Below the pieces are notes generated by a model. That model worked only from the letters and a program-made list of their open reading frames with translations. It had not been told where the DNA came from and made no database searches. A stretch of 62,318 nt of DNA, the filler included, from Callorhinchus milii (taxonomy: Eukaryota), in NCBI RefSeq assembly GCF_018977255.1. It is 5 parts of 5 records of this genome, joined end to end, with 100 filler letters (N's around TTAATTAATTAA, not from the genome) between each part and the next. Parts side by side here need not be neighbours in the genome. Positions count along the whole stretch, not along the records: positions 24,131 to 43,905 come from NW_024705928.1; 4 more parts are not named here. One strand, written 5' to 3'. Position 1 is the stretch's first letter, and each line of letters starts with the position of its first letter. Positions 24,656-36,800 of this stretch are shown in pieces. The position numbers and the translations under genes were made by a program.

Positions 24656-25132
24656 CACAGTGAGAGGAAACGGGGCTGAACTCCAACAAATACACAAGGG
24701 CAGGAAAGGTAGCCCCTCCCACCGTAAAATGACTGAGGGCAAACATGGTGTCAATGCTGTTTTGGGCCAAAATTTAAAGGAAAAGCTGAAGTTGCATTTA
24801 CTATCAGACTGAACCCACACATTGAATCGGTGTTGATTGGGGCGCAAGACCTGGTTATCTGTGCTGTAATATTCTGTGATTTCAGACGGTCAGTGACACT
24901 GTGCTGTTGAGGCGGGAAGAACTGCGATTGGAGACTGATTACATGACGGTTTAAAAACATCACCAAGTCACAAGCTGTTGGAAATAATTACATTCTGTTT
25001 CTGTGGATGTGAGGAAACTATGAGACAGATTCTGCGTCACGTCAGAGGAGAATAGTCACTTTCAGTGAATTTCGGCAGCCGATATTGTGCAGATATTGGG
25101 GATCAGTATTTGTATTGGGCTGTATCACTGTG

Positions 25133-25143
25133 TAAAGACAAGA
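25133..25143 (+). other. IgH D1 (12/22 RSS)
   Basis: AGTATTTGT-12-CACTGTG-TAAAGACAAGA-CACAATG-22-ACAAAAACC (25105-25181). Confidence 0.92.
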
Positions 25144-25521
25144 CACAATGCTGCATTCAACCACCTCCTCATACAAAAACCCCTGCCACGGAGACTGCCG
25201 ACTACTTTCATCATACAACATCCACAGCACCGATGTAAACGGCCCTGAAAATGGATAAATCTCAGAAATAACCTGCTGTTTAACAGACAAATTCCGGTTA
25301 ATTTTGATTACAGGATGTTACTCAACGAGATTTACGTCTGTGGATCTGCTCGGACATTAAACGAAATTCTCTGGAAAACATAAGAATTTATTCTGACCGA
25401 AACATCTCAGGAGCCATCAAAGTATTCTCTGAACTGAGGTCCAGCAGTTGCCAGAAATTCAGGTTCAATATTTGTTAGTTCATCCTGTGCAGGAGTTTTT
25501 GTCATGTTGTGTATCACTGTG

Positions 25522-25531
25522 ACAAACAACG
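25522..25531 (+). other. IgH D2 (12/12 RSS)
   Basis: AGTTTTTGT-12-CACTGTG-ACAAACAACG-CACGGCA-12-ACAAAAACC (25494-25559). Confidence 0.9.
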
Positions 25532-25934
25532 CACGGCATTAACCGTCAATACAAAAACCGCTCAACACCAAACCAGCCTAATCTCTTTCACTGCTCGCTT
25601 GTGTGCGTCCCACTGAATATTTGAGGAATTGGCATTAATAAAATGGTGTCTATCGTTGAGGATTTTATTACGATAAAAGACACAACTCATTATATTTGTT
25701 CTTCAATCTGTTCTTGACAAGAAAATGTGTTTGAGGTGAGCGCTGCAAACTGGCAAAAATACAAATCATTGAACAGGTAAATACAGAGCCATGCAATTGC
25801 TTTCAGAAAATTACAGGAATATATTGTGCGCTTCATTTGGTTTGGGGAAGCCAAAATTTACTAAAAATGTATTTGTGTGCCTTTCCCGCACCGTGGGTTG
25901 TTGCAGTGGGCAGCACACTGACTGCAGCACAGTG

Positions 25935-25944
25935 ACAAAAGTAC
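25935..25944 (+). other. IgH D3 (23/12 RSS)
   Basis: GGTTGTTGC-23-CACAGTG-ACAAAAGTAC-CACGGCA-12-GCAAAAACC (25896-25972). Confidence 0.8.
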
Positions 25945-26349
25945 CACGGCATTAACTATCAATGCAAAAACCCTCCAACCCCAAACCAGCTAATCTCTCG
26001 CTCTGTTCGCTTTTGTGTGTCCCACTGAATATGCGGAGAATTGGTGTTCATAAAATGGTGCCGAGCCGCTGAGCAAATTGCCCGATTTAATAGATATAAA
26101 ATATTACATTTCACCTTCAATCTGTTGGTGACAATAAAACGTGTTTGACATGAACACTGCAAACTGGCAAAGACACAAACACTTAACAGGTAAACACGGA
26201 GCCAAGCGATTGTTTTCAGAACATTACAGAAATATATTGGGCATTGTATTTGGTTTGGGAGAGCCAATATTTACAGTAATGTTGTGTTTGTGTGCACTGC
26301 CCGCACAGCAGGTTGTTGCAGTGGGCAGCACACTGACTGTAGCACAGTG

Positions 26350-26388
26350 ACTACGTGGGTCGAGGCACAGTGTTGACTGTGACGGATG
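26350..26388 (+). CDS. IgH J segment lacking the canonical Trp
   Basis: GGTTGTTGC-23-CACAGTG(26343-26349); YVGRGTVLTVTD-G/GTAAG. Confidence 0.88.
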
Positions 26389-29300
26389 GTAAGAAGCTGA
26401 CAATATCTCACTCAATTCACTGAACGTGTCTCTTTGTATATTTGTTTCGTTCACTTTACCACGTATTTAATATAATGAACTCTACGCGGACGGGCTATCT
26501 CACAGTTTGAAACCAGCTAAAGATTTTTAAATGTCAATGCTTTCAACACAACTGTTTCTTCATGTATTATTCTCCCAATGTTTACTTTATTGTTGGTGAT
26601 ATTTTTGGTGATTTGTAAATATCCAGCTGAGATTACACTGATGGACTTTCTATAGTGTTTGTTCGCGGTGACTGGCGACTGCTGGGTTTCGGGTATAATG
26701 TCGCCGGGAATTGCATAAAAGTGTTTCAAACTGTGCGCAAGTTTTGGAAATCAGGACCTGAATGTCATGGGATGAGTGACCGGAACGTTATCTGATCGAT
26801 TCCAACATGTATTTCAATCCGGTGTTTTATATAAGGAACACGGCTGTGGGTTAAAGATGTTCATCTGGGAGGAGGTGAGTGCGAGATTAAAGCGGGTTGA
26901 CACTGCTGGGATGTGACTGACAATGCCTCAACACAAATCTGCACGTATGTTACAGAAATATTAGTGAATGTTTATTTTAAGTAATACTAGTATTACTATG
27001 TTGCTCACAGTCTCATTTCCTCAGATGCCCATACATCAGTCAGGATTATTTTCAGCGATTGTTTATTCAATTGATATTGCCAGCGGTTGAGTTCCACTGA
27101 CTTCGATTCCTCACAATGTACAGAGGTCGGTGTTGATCTACAATCATCAGCTTTCTGCTTTACACTAACTATCTTGCAGAAAAACACAGATTTATTCATC
27201 AAACATATGTTTAAGTTTGATTAGCAGACTGCATTGTAAGAGATCCAGTTATTAATGACATGTTTAACACAAAGCGAAACTGGTCACTGACATCAAACTA
27301 ATGGTATCATATTTGATCATCTAAAACTTCAAAGTTGGCAGAGATGAGGGTGAAAGGAAGAAATCTCTCATTTTACTGAAACACATGCTTTAGTTATTCT
27401 GCGTAACTATTCGTTCTGCAGGGACTTCTGACTGTGAGTTACATTGCACAATGTACAATGCTTCGTGTGTGATGTGGATAGTGTGTGAGCTGCTGTGCAG
27501 TTACTGACAGCTTCAGGCTGAGAGAAAGAGAATAAGCATTAACCTGTGGGTTATTGGATGGAAACAAAATGTGTTTGAGATGAGAGGGTTCAGGCTGTGA
27601 CTGTGTGTGAGACCTGGTTAAACGGCATTGAGCAGTGTAATAGCGAATGGCTAAATCGAGATTTCTCACTGTGGGAAGAGCGGCTGGGAGCGCGGTTCAT
27701 GTTTAACCCTAAGATCGAGGGGTAGGAAAGTGCAATGTGAAGGTTTTGTTTGATGATTACCTTTCCAGAGGCCGAGACATGCACTGACGATCAGTTTGTG
27801 AGGAGATCGAGTTGTGGTAATGTGTAAATTGCCGCAGAATTATAAATATTAGTTAATTTCAGTTTGATTTCTAAAAGAAGGTTTCCCGATTTCTTAAGAA
27901 GAACTGGAATCCAAATTTAAAGTAAATTTTAAATTATTAGACACTTCCGCGCAATCTTAAAGTAAAGAAATAATGATCTACAAGTGTTTATTATCAGTTG
28001 AGGATTCGGATCTCAGAAGTAAATAATGTCTCTATTTGTATCATTAGTTAATTTTATTTACTGATAACTAACAAGTCGGTGACCGCAGGGGCTGGAAACA
28101 GACCCACAGACACCAGCACTGCTTGTTTTGTATGTTTATATCACATGCCTCTGTCTGTCAACCTGTGTGGAATGAATATAACATGACCACAGGACATTTA
28201 ACTGTCAACACAGGAATCTAACACAATTCAGGGTAATACAGATTGTGAAGCAAAGCAGAATGTTATCCACTCTGTAGCTCTGTAGTCCTGAGTCCTGTAG
28301 CTCAGGATTTAGAGCACTCGCCTCACAAGAGAGATAATCTGAGTTTGATTCCCGGGCAGGGCGAAAAGTCAGGAAGATCTCCTTACTCCACACTCACAAC
28401 AACAATTCGGTTTGCCTTACAGTAAGTAGCAACACACCTGTTCGTCAATCAACCGATTGCTTTCCCGCACGTATTACTCTCTTCAAAATATTAACGATAA
28501 ATGTGTCATTGAATCCACGACTGTTTGTGGAAAACTGCTGTACGCATTTGGATGCCCCATTTCGCCCTGAAAAATACAATGAATTCACTATACAGTGTAT
28601 TCTTTGAAGCACTTGGAGACGTCGCGAAGACCTGATATGTCGCTATACCAAATGCAAGGAATATTCTATTTGTAGTTTCAAATATGAACGTTATATTGCT
28701 TTGTCCGTTAGGCAATGCAGCGTCACTGACATCAAACGCCGGACAGCGGCTTCTGCCTTTATTTAACCATTTCACAGCTGATTGCGACAAAAATACTCAT
28801 AGATATGTTGGGTATTTCCGCATTCTGGGCACAACACTGATTGCAGTCCTTCGTTCCTCATGTAAACAGTGAACCTAACCATTTTAATCGTTCTCTAGTT
28901 TTGTAGATTACAAAATTAAGAGGGATCAAAATTCTTGAACAGTCAATCAAATGTTTTTCGCACAGACAATATACACTGATTTCACTTCACATTGTATTGT
29001 GTGAAGCGCATTGACATGTCTCAAAGACTTGATAAGACCCTATTTCCAATGCAAGTGACATTATTCTTATCAATATTTTATGTACTATTTTAACAACACA
29101 AATCGGCTGTCTGGTGGCCATTGACTGTGTCGATTCTGTAATCAGTCTGAGCAGAGTAATTTGTTTTAATACATACCAGAGCCAGAAAGACATATGTTTG
29201 AAATCTTCTGACGATTGCATCAAAATTAAAATTGCGCAAAGGTCTGAGTAACCTTGAAACAAGCACATTTTAGCAAATGAAACAGACGATTAGGAAATTG

Positions 29301-29919
29301 ATGCAACAGTTTAATTTCTGCGGCTTTTCTAAAAATTGCATACATACATATACACACACATGAACACACACACACACACACACACAGAACCTGCTTCGCC
29401 TGACAATGCTACATTCATTTTTGTAGTGCCCCTTTTTGGTATTCAATGAAAACAATACACATGTGAGCTTTGACCCCAAGTTTATTTAATTGAGCAACAT
29501 GAGGAAATCGGGCCGTAATCTACAGCCTTCTGTCCGCAGAATTATACCACACACTTCCTCAACAATTACTTTAACTGTGTTTCCTGGAAACAAAGAGTGA
29601 ATTTGGGTTAATCCGAGAAGGTATACAGTTAAACGCACAGTTACAAGTCATCCAATACACGTGTTTATTCCTGAGTGTTTTTCATTCAGATGGAATTGAA
29701 GCTCAATAGGCGCAACATCACGCAGTCCTTCAGGAAGTCTTGTTCAATATGACAGTAAATTATTCCAACACCAAATGATGAGCATATTCGGAATCAGCAA
29801 TCTGTGTTCAGCTCACCCACAATGTGAGAATATTCATGGACAGTATTGTTTAACTGACCGAACACGAAATCCTGGATATTGGTTGTTAATCCAGTTTCAT
29901 GTATGTTTTCCTTTTCTAG

Positions 29920-30231
29920 AATGTGAGCAACCCACTGGGGGTGTGAAGGTCTCTTTCCTACCACCCTCGCAGCAACAGGTTTTAATGGAGTCCACTGTAA
30001 CGCTGACATGTGTCGTGGCCAATGCACCACTTGACGTCAACGTGACTTGGACACAAGGAAAGACACATTTACAGTCTGGATATGGGAAACCGTCTGCCAC
30101 TGAGCCTCAGGAAGTGATCAGTAAATTAAACGTTTCTACACAAGACTGGAAGAGTGGGAAAGAATTCTTCTGCCTTGCCAATCATGAAGATATTCCAACT
30201 CCCATCGGAGAAAAGACATTTAAGAGGAAAG
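29920..30231 (+). CDS. IgH constant exon, penultimate-type (Cmu3-like; IgW terminal-domain homology not excluded)
   Basis: AG/ (E)CEQPTGGVKVSFLPPSQQQVLMESTVTLTCVVANAPLDVNVTWTQGKTHLQS...VISKLNVSTQDWKSGKEFFCLANHEDIPTPIGEKTFKRK-G/GTGAGT; open, phase 1-1. Confidence 0.92.
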
Positions 30232-30721
30232 GTGAGTAGCCATATTTCAGGAAATAAATGATTTATTTGTTTATTGTAATTTCAGATTTTAGTCAACAGA
30301 AACAACTGGGAATACAATGATCAGCTCTCTGTTTGCTTCTTTTTCTGTTTGTCTTTCGATAGATTTATAACCTCTCACAAATGTCGGACAACAATTTATA
30401 GATAAAATTTGTTAAGTACATTCACTCACATGAATTATATCAACAAGAATCTAACCATCATCTGGAGGATGTTTACACATGTTCTCAGGGAGCAGAGTTA
30501 CCATATCTGAACCGCTGGTCACTGGGGGCATATAATAAAGTCCTGTCGGGGATTTCAACCCACACCAGTGTTCATAGTCACACCAACAATTACAAACCAC
30601 TGAGCACAGATTGAACAGAGACACAAACATTATTCTCAGCTTGTTCTGCAAGATCTGATGCTTCAAAATATTCTATGATTGACACCATCATTGTATTGAT
30701 TTGATTGCATTCTTCCTACAG

Positions 30722-31113
30722 TTATGTACACAAAACAACCTTCAGTGTATCTGCTCCTCCCCTCGGCAGAAGAAATGGCTGCTCAGCAGTTTGTCACCTT
30801 GACCTGCCTGGTGAAGGACTTCGCTCCCAAAGAGATCTTTGTGCAGTGGACTGTGAATGACCAGTTGATTGATGCCAACAAGTACAGAAACACCGAGGTG
30901 ATGGCAGACAGTGAAGATCTCAACTACTCCATGTACAGCATGTTAACCATCTCAGCTGACGAATGGAACAGAAGGCCCTCCTACTCATGTGTGGTCGGCC
31001 ACGAAATGTTCCCACTGAAGACTCGGACCAGAACCGTAAATAAATCCAGCGGTAAACCGAGTTTTGTAAACCTTGCACTTGTCCTGATGGACACCGTGAA
31101 TCCGTGTCACTGA
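30722..31113 (+). CDS. IgH terminal constant exon with secretory tailpiece (Cmu4-like); internal TM donor after 31051
   Basis: MYTKQPSVYLLLPSAEEMAAQQFVTLTCLVKDFAPKEIFVQWTVND...YSCVVGHEMFPLKTRTRTVNKSS-GKPSFVNLALVLMDTVNPCH*. Confidence 0.94.
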
Positions 31114-31195
31114 GTATCTCTCAATACCATCTTGCTTATACTTTTTTGTACCCACCTTCTTGCCATTGGATTCTCAGTTTCCAACAATTAAATCA

Positions 31196-31201
31196 AATAA
31201 A
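31196..31201 (+). terminator. Polyadenylation signal of the secreted form
   Basis: AATAAA about 80 nt after the stop codon. Confidence 0.7.
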
Positions 31202-33143
31202 GATCATTGTTTTATTGATGTATCATGTACTTCGGATTGAATTAAAATTAATTACACAGATACTTTCCATCGTGAGTACTGATCCATTTTTTTTGGAAGC
31301 AATGCCAATATCAAGTTATTACCGCAGTCATTTTGGTGGTTACAATTAAGCGTGTGATATATTTCCACATGTGTCATACCCGGGCGGACCACCCACCCCA
31401 GACCCCTACGACCCACCACCCACACACAACCCCCCGAAAATATAAGTTGACAATAAGTCCCACTAATTCAACATCACTGGTTATAATCCAATCTCAAAAC
31501 GAATTTTATTTGCAGTTTGTTTTATAATTGCACAGCAGAGCTGCACCTTTTCCCTTGCAGGATATTTTCTCTATCACTGAAAGCATCGCATTCCCACGAA
31601 ACAACTTTCAGATGTAAACTGTGCCATTTTTTGGTAAATTTCCTGTAACAATGATACTTGTTCCACAGAAAAGATCTGGATACGGTTACATATTCACTTG
31701 AACACTCGCTTAGCCACGCTTTTGTAAATAAATACACTCATTCACAAACTTCACACACGCTCAATCCACCCAAGTCCACATTTGCACTCATACACCAGAC
31801 TTCGCACACTCACTCACACTCATGTCTACCCAGGCCCACACAAACTCACACACAATCACTTCCACACAGTCCCACACGCACTCAAATACATTCACACCCA
31901 ACCAGGCGCCTCATACACTTGATGGCCCTCAGGGATGAACCCTGTTCACTTACATCTCAATGTGTTTAGTTGATTTACACAAATGTTTTTGCTGGTTGTT
32001 CTGTTGCTTTACAACAATATCAGCCATTTTGAAATAGAAATGGTGCCATTTATAAAAACGTTGATGATGAAAGAGTAGGGGAAGCAGACAAATTCAGGAA
32101 TAACCTGGGGAATTGCGTAATGTAACAGAGAGTTTAACTGAGTTTCCAGAGAGGTGGAAATGTAGTTCAATGTTGAGACACCAGTTTGTTGAAAGCGTAT
32201 TTAGTTAAAATAATCACTGCAGGAATAGCATCAAAATAATTCTGTTATAAGTGGAATGGCAAAAAACTTGGGGGATACGCCGATTGGAAAGCGTATCGGA
32301 AGTTCATTGAAACAGATTCTGTGATTTTCGCAAAGTTAATCGACTGTCAATGAAACTTCAAGTTAACGGGATTGCGAGTGGATCACTGCATGTGGTTCTG
32401 GACAATTTATCACACAAAGGACATAAGAGTTGCTGAGAGGGTTTTGGGCAGTTACACAAAGCCCATGAAAATAGTGATTGTGATTGGCGTTACAGTGATC
32501 AGCTACAAATATTGTTGCCGTACTTCTAAAAACAGAAGGCAAAAGAAAAATTGAAGAGAGTCGTTCCAAAGAATTTAAATCCATTAAGATTATAAAGGCT
32601 GAAGCAATGAAAGTGGATTGTATCCATACAAACGGGATAAAACATGCAGGAAAGCCACTGTAACATATGAAGGATAATTCGATTCCTATATTCAGATTTT
32701 TAGAATATATTATGCTTTATCTCAATATCATTATGTAAAGAAATTTAAAATGGAATTTGGACAGTCACTGTGTGAACGTACAATAGGCAGAAAGGAGGAA
32801 TTGGATGATTGGGGAAGATATGTCCATTTTCTAACAGCGGAATCTCAGTGGCAGCATTTCCATCCTTCTGTTATTCCACGAATTTAATTTTCCCAAAATG
32901 TTCCCCCAGTTCTTTTTTGGATGCATTAATTGTGAGGAAGAAAAAATACAACCACGATTCCTTTATTTCTGTTAAAACTAAACATTTAGAAGAATTGGTC
33001 GAAGGGAACGTGCAGTTTATTAAAGTGAGGGAGCCCGTGATCAACTGGGAAAATGCATATACATTAACAATAATACGTTGAAAGCAGAAAGGCCTCAGGT
33101 TTGAATCCCCTCTAAAGATATTTCCTTTTTTTTATCCTAACAG

Positions 33144-33274
33144 ATTTCCCAACCGAGATGATGCTGAAAGGTTTTCAAGAAGTACCAAGTGACAACCTGT
33201 GGCCTACTGCTTCCACCTTCATCATCCTCTTCTTCCTGAGTATTATGTACAGCGCAGCCGTCACTCTAATTAAG
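33144..33274 (+). CDS. IgH transmembrane exon TM1
   Basis: (D)FPTEMMLKGFQEVPSDNLWPTASTFIILFFLSIMYSAAVTLIK/GT with the conserved Ig TM (CART) motif. Confidence 0.92.
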
Positions 33275-33808
33275 GTGATGAGAATAAATTCTTTGACGCC
33301 ATGATATGATGTAGCAGCTGATGTTGAATACTTGTTCCATAGGAACCCTCATTGTCATTCTCATTGCAACCACTTTGCTGAGAACTTCCACTCTCTTTGT
33401 AGGCCAAGTTACTTGTTTCTGGGCTGTGTGAAGGTGATGAGAATATCCTCTCCATTACACACCCTATCGCACCTGAGATATGCTCACCTGGTATAGACTA
33501 GCCAAGGACTGATGGTTCTCTACAGATTATGTGCCTCTGTCTGTACATTGTGGACAATTTAAAGCATCATGAAATCGTTCTGTCTGCTACAATTCCCAGC
33601 AAGCAACTAAAAATTCAAACACAATCAGTTGGATTCGTGTATGTGTGTGTGTGTTTGTTTATTTGTATTTGTTTATGTGTATTTGTTCTTTTAAGTGTGT
33701 TTGTGTCTGTGTTGATACATATATATATGAAACATTAAATATATGCCTAAATATTAACTCTCCATCTAGGCTGAAATCATTCATTATATATTTGCTTTTA
33801 TTTTCCAG

Positions 33809-33817
33809 ATAAATTGA
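33809..33817 (+). CDS. IgH TM2 exon (IN*)
   Basis: Polypyrimidine TTTTCCAG/ATA AAT TGA; AATAAA downstream near 33925 and 34202. Confidence 0.7.
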   Translation: MN

Positions 33818-36800
33818 GTTTCTTCAGATCATATTCATCGATGTGTCTCGTCCGTCTGTGTTTTACAACGGTGTCTTGAGACTGATTATGTGCTGTCTTT
33901 TTTCCCCCATTATAGAAATCAGCTGAAAATAAACAATGTGTTGTGCAACTATGTGAATTTTAGTAGCTTTTCTTATCTTTAGTTTATTTTACAATATGCC
34001 TTTTGGAAACAATAACTAATAATGTTACCATCACGGCTCTCTGATAGTCTTCATTTGCTGTTTAATTTTTTTGTGATGTAACGATACCGAAAGACAGTGA
34101 CTGAGGTATCTATGCTTTGATATTAATTTGATGCTCTATATATGTATTCACTCCTGTTTCTTAATGTCTGCAGATTCTCTATATTGTTACCGTGATATAT
34201 CAATAAAGATGTGACGGCTGATTGAGCTGTTTGATATTTTATTTCCTGTTCCTTTTGTGTCAATTTTGCCTTTGCTCCTGATTTCCAAATTCGACAGATT
34301 CCAGTAAGTCAGCATTAAACAAAAGCTGTTAAATGTAATGTCCTACTTCAGATATAGCTTTGCTATAAAATTGTTCCACTTGAGTTATTCTTTGCTCCAG
34401 TGACCAGCAGCTGCTTCCGTCCCCAATGATCTGCCCACACCCAGATACAGCTTCAGACACGTGGCTATTCTAATAGAATAACATGCATTTATGTGTTAGA
34501 GTATTTATGGAACAATGCGCGTGTTCAATCTGTTTGATGCATTGACATAGATTTATCTCCTGCCTCTGCTGAGCTGCACAATTTGAACCGAGCAGCTTCA
34601 TGGGAAAAAAAAAAGTTGACAGATCAATAACTAAATACTCACAATTGCACAGTAAGGAGGAAATTCCCTGCACAAAAGTACATTTGTTCTGACCATTCTG
34701 TGACAACTTCTGCCGTTTGTTTCATCTACATTAGTATTCACGTATCTTACATGTGAATAATTTTCCAGCTCTCTCAAAACATACCATCANTTTTTTTGTA
34801 CCATGTTCTGTTTTGACCTCTCGTCATCCAACCTCTGCATTTCCAGCCAACCCTATTAATGATTTGGGGATTAACCGTGCAGAAATGTGGTGCAATATTG
34901 ACCTTGATTATCCTGCTAACTAAAAAGCACAATCCTTACTGTATCCTGTGTTTAGTACGTTTAACATCCTCAGTTATATCTGCTTTCAATCTGATCTGAT
35001 CCAATCCAACAGCTTAGTTGGAACATAAGAATGGTGTTACAATAGAAGACCAGAGACCATCCAGTTCACTTCCACTATCCTCATAGTGAAATTCACTTGT
35101 CATGGCCCCAAATCTTTACCGACCCCCAAGTTATAATTTCCTGAATAAGGTCTATCCCGTATGCTTTTGAAATCATCTACAATTTCTGCGTTCACCGTCT
35201 CCCGAGCAATCCTGTTCTATACATTTACTGTCCTCCAAGATTATTTCCTGAAACAAATCTATCTTGTTTGCTTTTGAAAGAATCAAAGCTTTCTGCTTTC
35301 ACCGTCTCCGGAAGAATCCTGTTCCATACATTTATTGCTCACTCACTGAAATAGTGTGTACAGAGCTTTGCTTTGACGTTTAATTGCAGGAAATGTCCTC
35401 TGTTTTGACCAAAACACTGTAGGCCTCTTACCATTAGCATACTTGTGAATGATCCCTGTAGGTAAGGAATCACACTTGTATAAATCTTGACACTTTTATG
35501 CAGATTTTTTAATTTTTTGTATCCAGCAATTGGAAGTTGTTAATTACTGCCAAAATAAAGTCAGTATTGTCTTTTTACTGATTTCAAGACTTGCCAAATT
35601 CTGCAATTTCAAATGTTACATGAATAAGTATATTTAGACTCTGGTGGAATTCAGCCCATGAACACTTTCCATATCAAGTAGAATCGTCCTGTCCAAAACA
35701 ATCCTTCATTTACTTCACAATTTTTCCATTCAGCTATCAATCCAAGGATGTTTGCGTCTTGCAATGGAAATATAGGAAGGAAATTATTCTGCAACAAGAG
35801 AAGGATGTTCATTTCTATAATCTTAAAGCAGCACAGACCATGCCATGCTATGGCCTGAGAAAGCAAATAGGATGTTGTGCAACATGCTTAACCAGTTGAG
35901 GCTCAAATCCTCGGAAAACGTCATGAAGCTGCACAGACATTGTTCAGACTGATTGTCCAAATGAAAGAGCCTGGACAAGATACTGCACAGAGAACAGCGA
36001 GGCTTATTTCCTCAGTGAGGTTGATGTTCTATGAGGAACAATTAATAAACTGGAGTGTACATTCATATGAAATTGTAATATATGATGTTGTATGTATATG
36101 TGTGTGTGTTTGTGTCAAAGAGAGAGAGAGGGAGAGAGAGAAAGAGAAACAGGGCGAGAGAGAGAAGGGAGAGAGAAATAAAGAAAGAAAGAGATAGAGA
36201 GGGAAGGAGGCTGGTTGGGGAATAATTTGCACTGAACAAAGCTGCAGGAATCCGGACTCAATTTAGGGGACAGTTTAATAGCAATATATTTTCAGGAAAC
36301 TAGCAACATTGGAAACTCTTGTTGCAGGAATGGAATTTATCTGCAAGTGCATGTAACGTCTGGCCAGTTTCCTATGTCCTGACCAATTAGAACTATCCTG
36401 TCAGTTACTGCTTTGGCCTCCAACAACAACAATAACAAGATTCCATTGATGAAGCGCCTTTCACGTCAGGAGGACGGCCTACAGTGTTAGCATGACCCAA
36501 ATTAAACACATTTCAAATGCCACCTTAAACAGTTTGCCACTCTGGTCCTTCGAATGAGGCAGTCAGGTTGACTGGTTTGTCAACAACAGGGCGTGAAATG
36601 CTAAGGACTCACTTGGCTCAGGAACACAATGATCGAGATCACGACATAGGCTTTGTTCAACTCCCATATTTTATGCCAAGTGTCCCACCCTGGAATCAGT
36701 TAAGCTCCCAGTGAGACCCGTTTCCTTCTCTCACCCCTTCACCCCAACACCGCACATCACTTCTGGCCACAATAACCAAAGGAAGAAAGAATACAACGAA

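Noticed and set aside
24850-24935. Additional IgH D segment upstream of D1
   Set aside because: It has heptamer-like TTCTGTG and CACTGTG but no nonamer at 12 or 22/23 spacing.
26389-29919. Hidden CH1, CH2 or hinge exon in the J-C intron
   Set aside because: By eye there is no open C-x-W-x-C Ig pattern with splice sites; the candidate acceptor near 29690 hits a stop after five codons. A formal HMM search is still advised.
35896-36014. Possible exon of an unrelated gene (VEAQILGKRHEAAQTLFRLIVQMKEPGQDTAQRTARLISS), and other short open stretches near 36610-36700 and 39826-39925
   Set aside because: There are plausible splice dinucleotides but no recognisable homology and no consistent multi-exon frame.
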